This document shows, in pieces, positions 63,610-64,000 of a stretch of DNA of 64,000 nt. The stretch's first letter is position 1, and each line of letters opens with the position of its first letter. The notes beneath the pieces are model-generated. The model made no database searches and was not told the origin of the DNA. It saw only the letters and a program-made list of their open reading frames with translations. A program made the position numbers and the translations under genes. This DNA comes from Ophelia neglecta (taxonomy: Eukaryota), in NCBI GenBank assembly GCA_965285935.1, contig OZ260667.1:10416001-10480000 (forward strand). Direction: 5' to 3'.

Positions 63610-64000
63610 TACATATAGTGCAGAGTTTTGCAGGGTGTGGGTTGGGGTCCCCTCCCCGAGGGCGCGTTTGAGTCTTCAGATAAAAGACAGAAACTGTATG
63701 CCTGATACAGGATATAGTGTAATTTTGCTTTCACTGGCGGATGCAGATCGAGGGCATTGCCCCCCCCCCCTCCCACACACACAATTCTTCAGTCTATTAC
63801 AGAGAGCATCTCATGCTGGGGGCTGGTGTCTCCTCCAAGAGGCTGCCTGGGCCTTCAGGTGCATGGCAGCTTTAAGCTTGATACAGGGTTGTGTTGTAAA
63901 GATTCCCTGACGGGTGTAGAGTGTGGGGCATGGAGCCACCAGCACCTACCTTCCTTGCCATTTGTGCAGAGGGCGCCATAGGGTTCGGAGAGGGTGTCTA

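Noticed and set aside
63757-63981. Possible last exon of LHFPL paralog 2
   Set aside because: No frame shows the TM3/TM4 or C..GW motif.
1-64000. Numerous poly-G/poly-C tracts and most of the 60-130 aa ORFs
   Set aside because: The tracts mostly lie inside MITE interiors or low-complexity DNA. The ORFs largely start at non-ATG codons and lack homology or splice support.

Overview
Repeat-rich animal genomic DNA with spliceosomal introns and one 100-N gap. A lophotrochozoan or mollusc origin is an inference from the repeat types. Three protein-coding loci are well supported. (1) An LHFPL-family tetraspan gene on the minus strand (exons 23855-23255 and 13820-13600, 273 aa). (2) A single-exon Tctex1-domain dynein light chain (45842-45282). 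(3) A second, divergently oriented LHFPL paralog on the plus strand (56064-56243, 57005-57200; last exon not found in the window). Two short paralogous signal-peptide-like exons at 4.85 and 7.8 kb suggest a fourth gene running off the left edge. The rest is MITEs (at least five families, some nested), two Crypton/Eulor-like hairpin elements, LINE and SINE remnants, a tRNA-containing solo LTR and minisatellites. The most unusual observations are: three MITEs flanked by 77-105 bp direct duplications instead of short TSDs; a duplicated promoter/5'-exon module upstream of the first LHFPL gene; a tandem array of CTCF-consensus motifs between the genes; and the twin signal-peptide exons. All alignments were done by eye and no database search was run.
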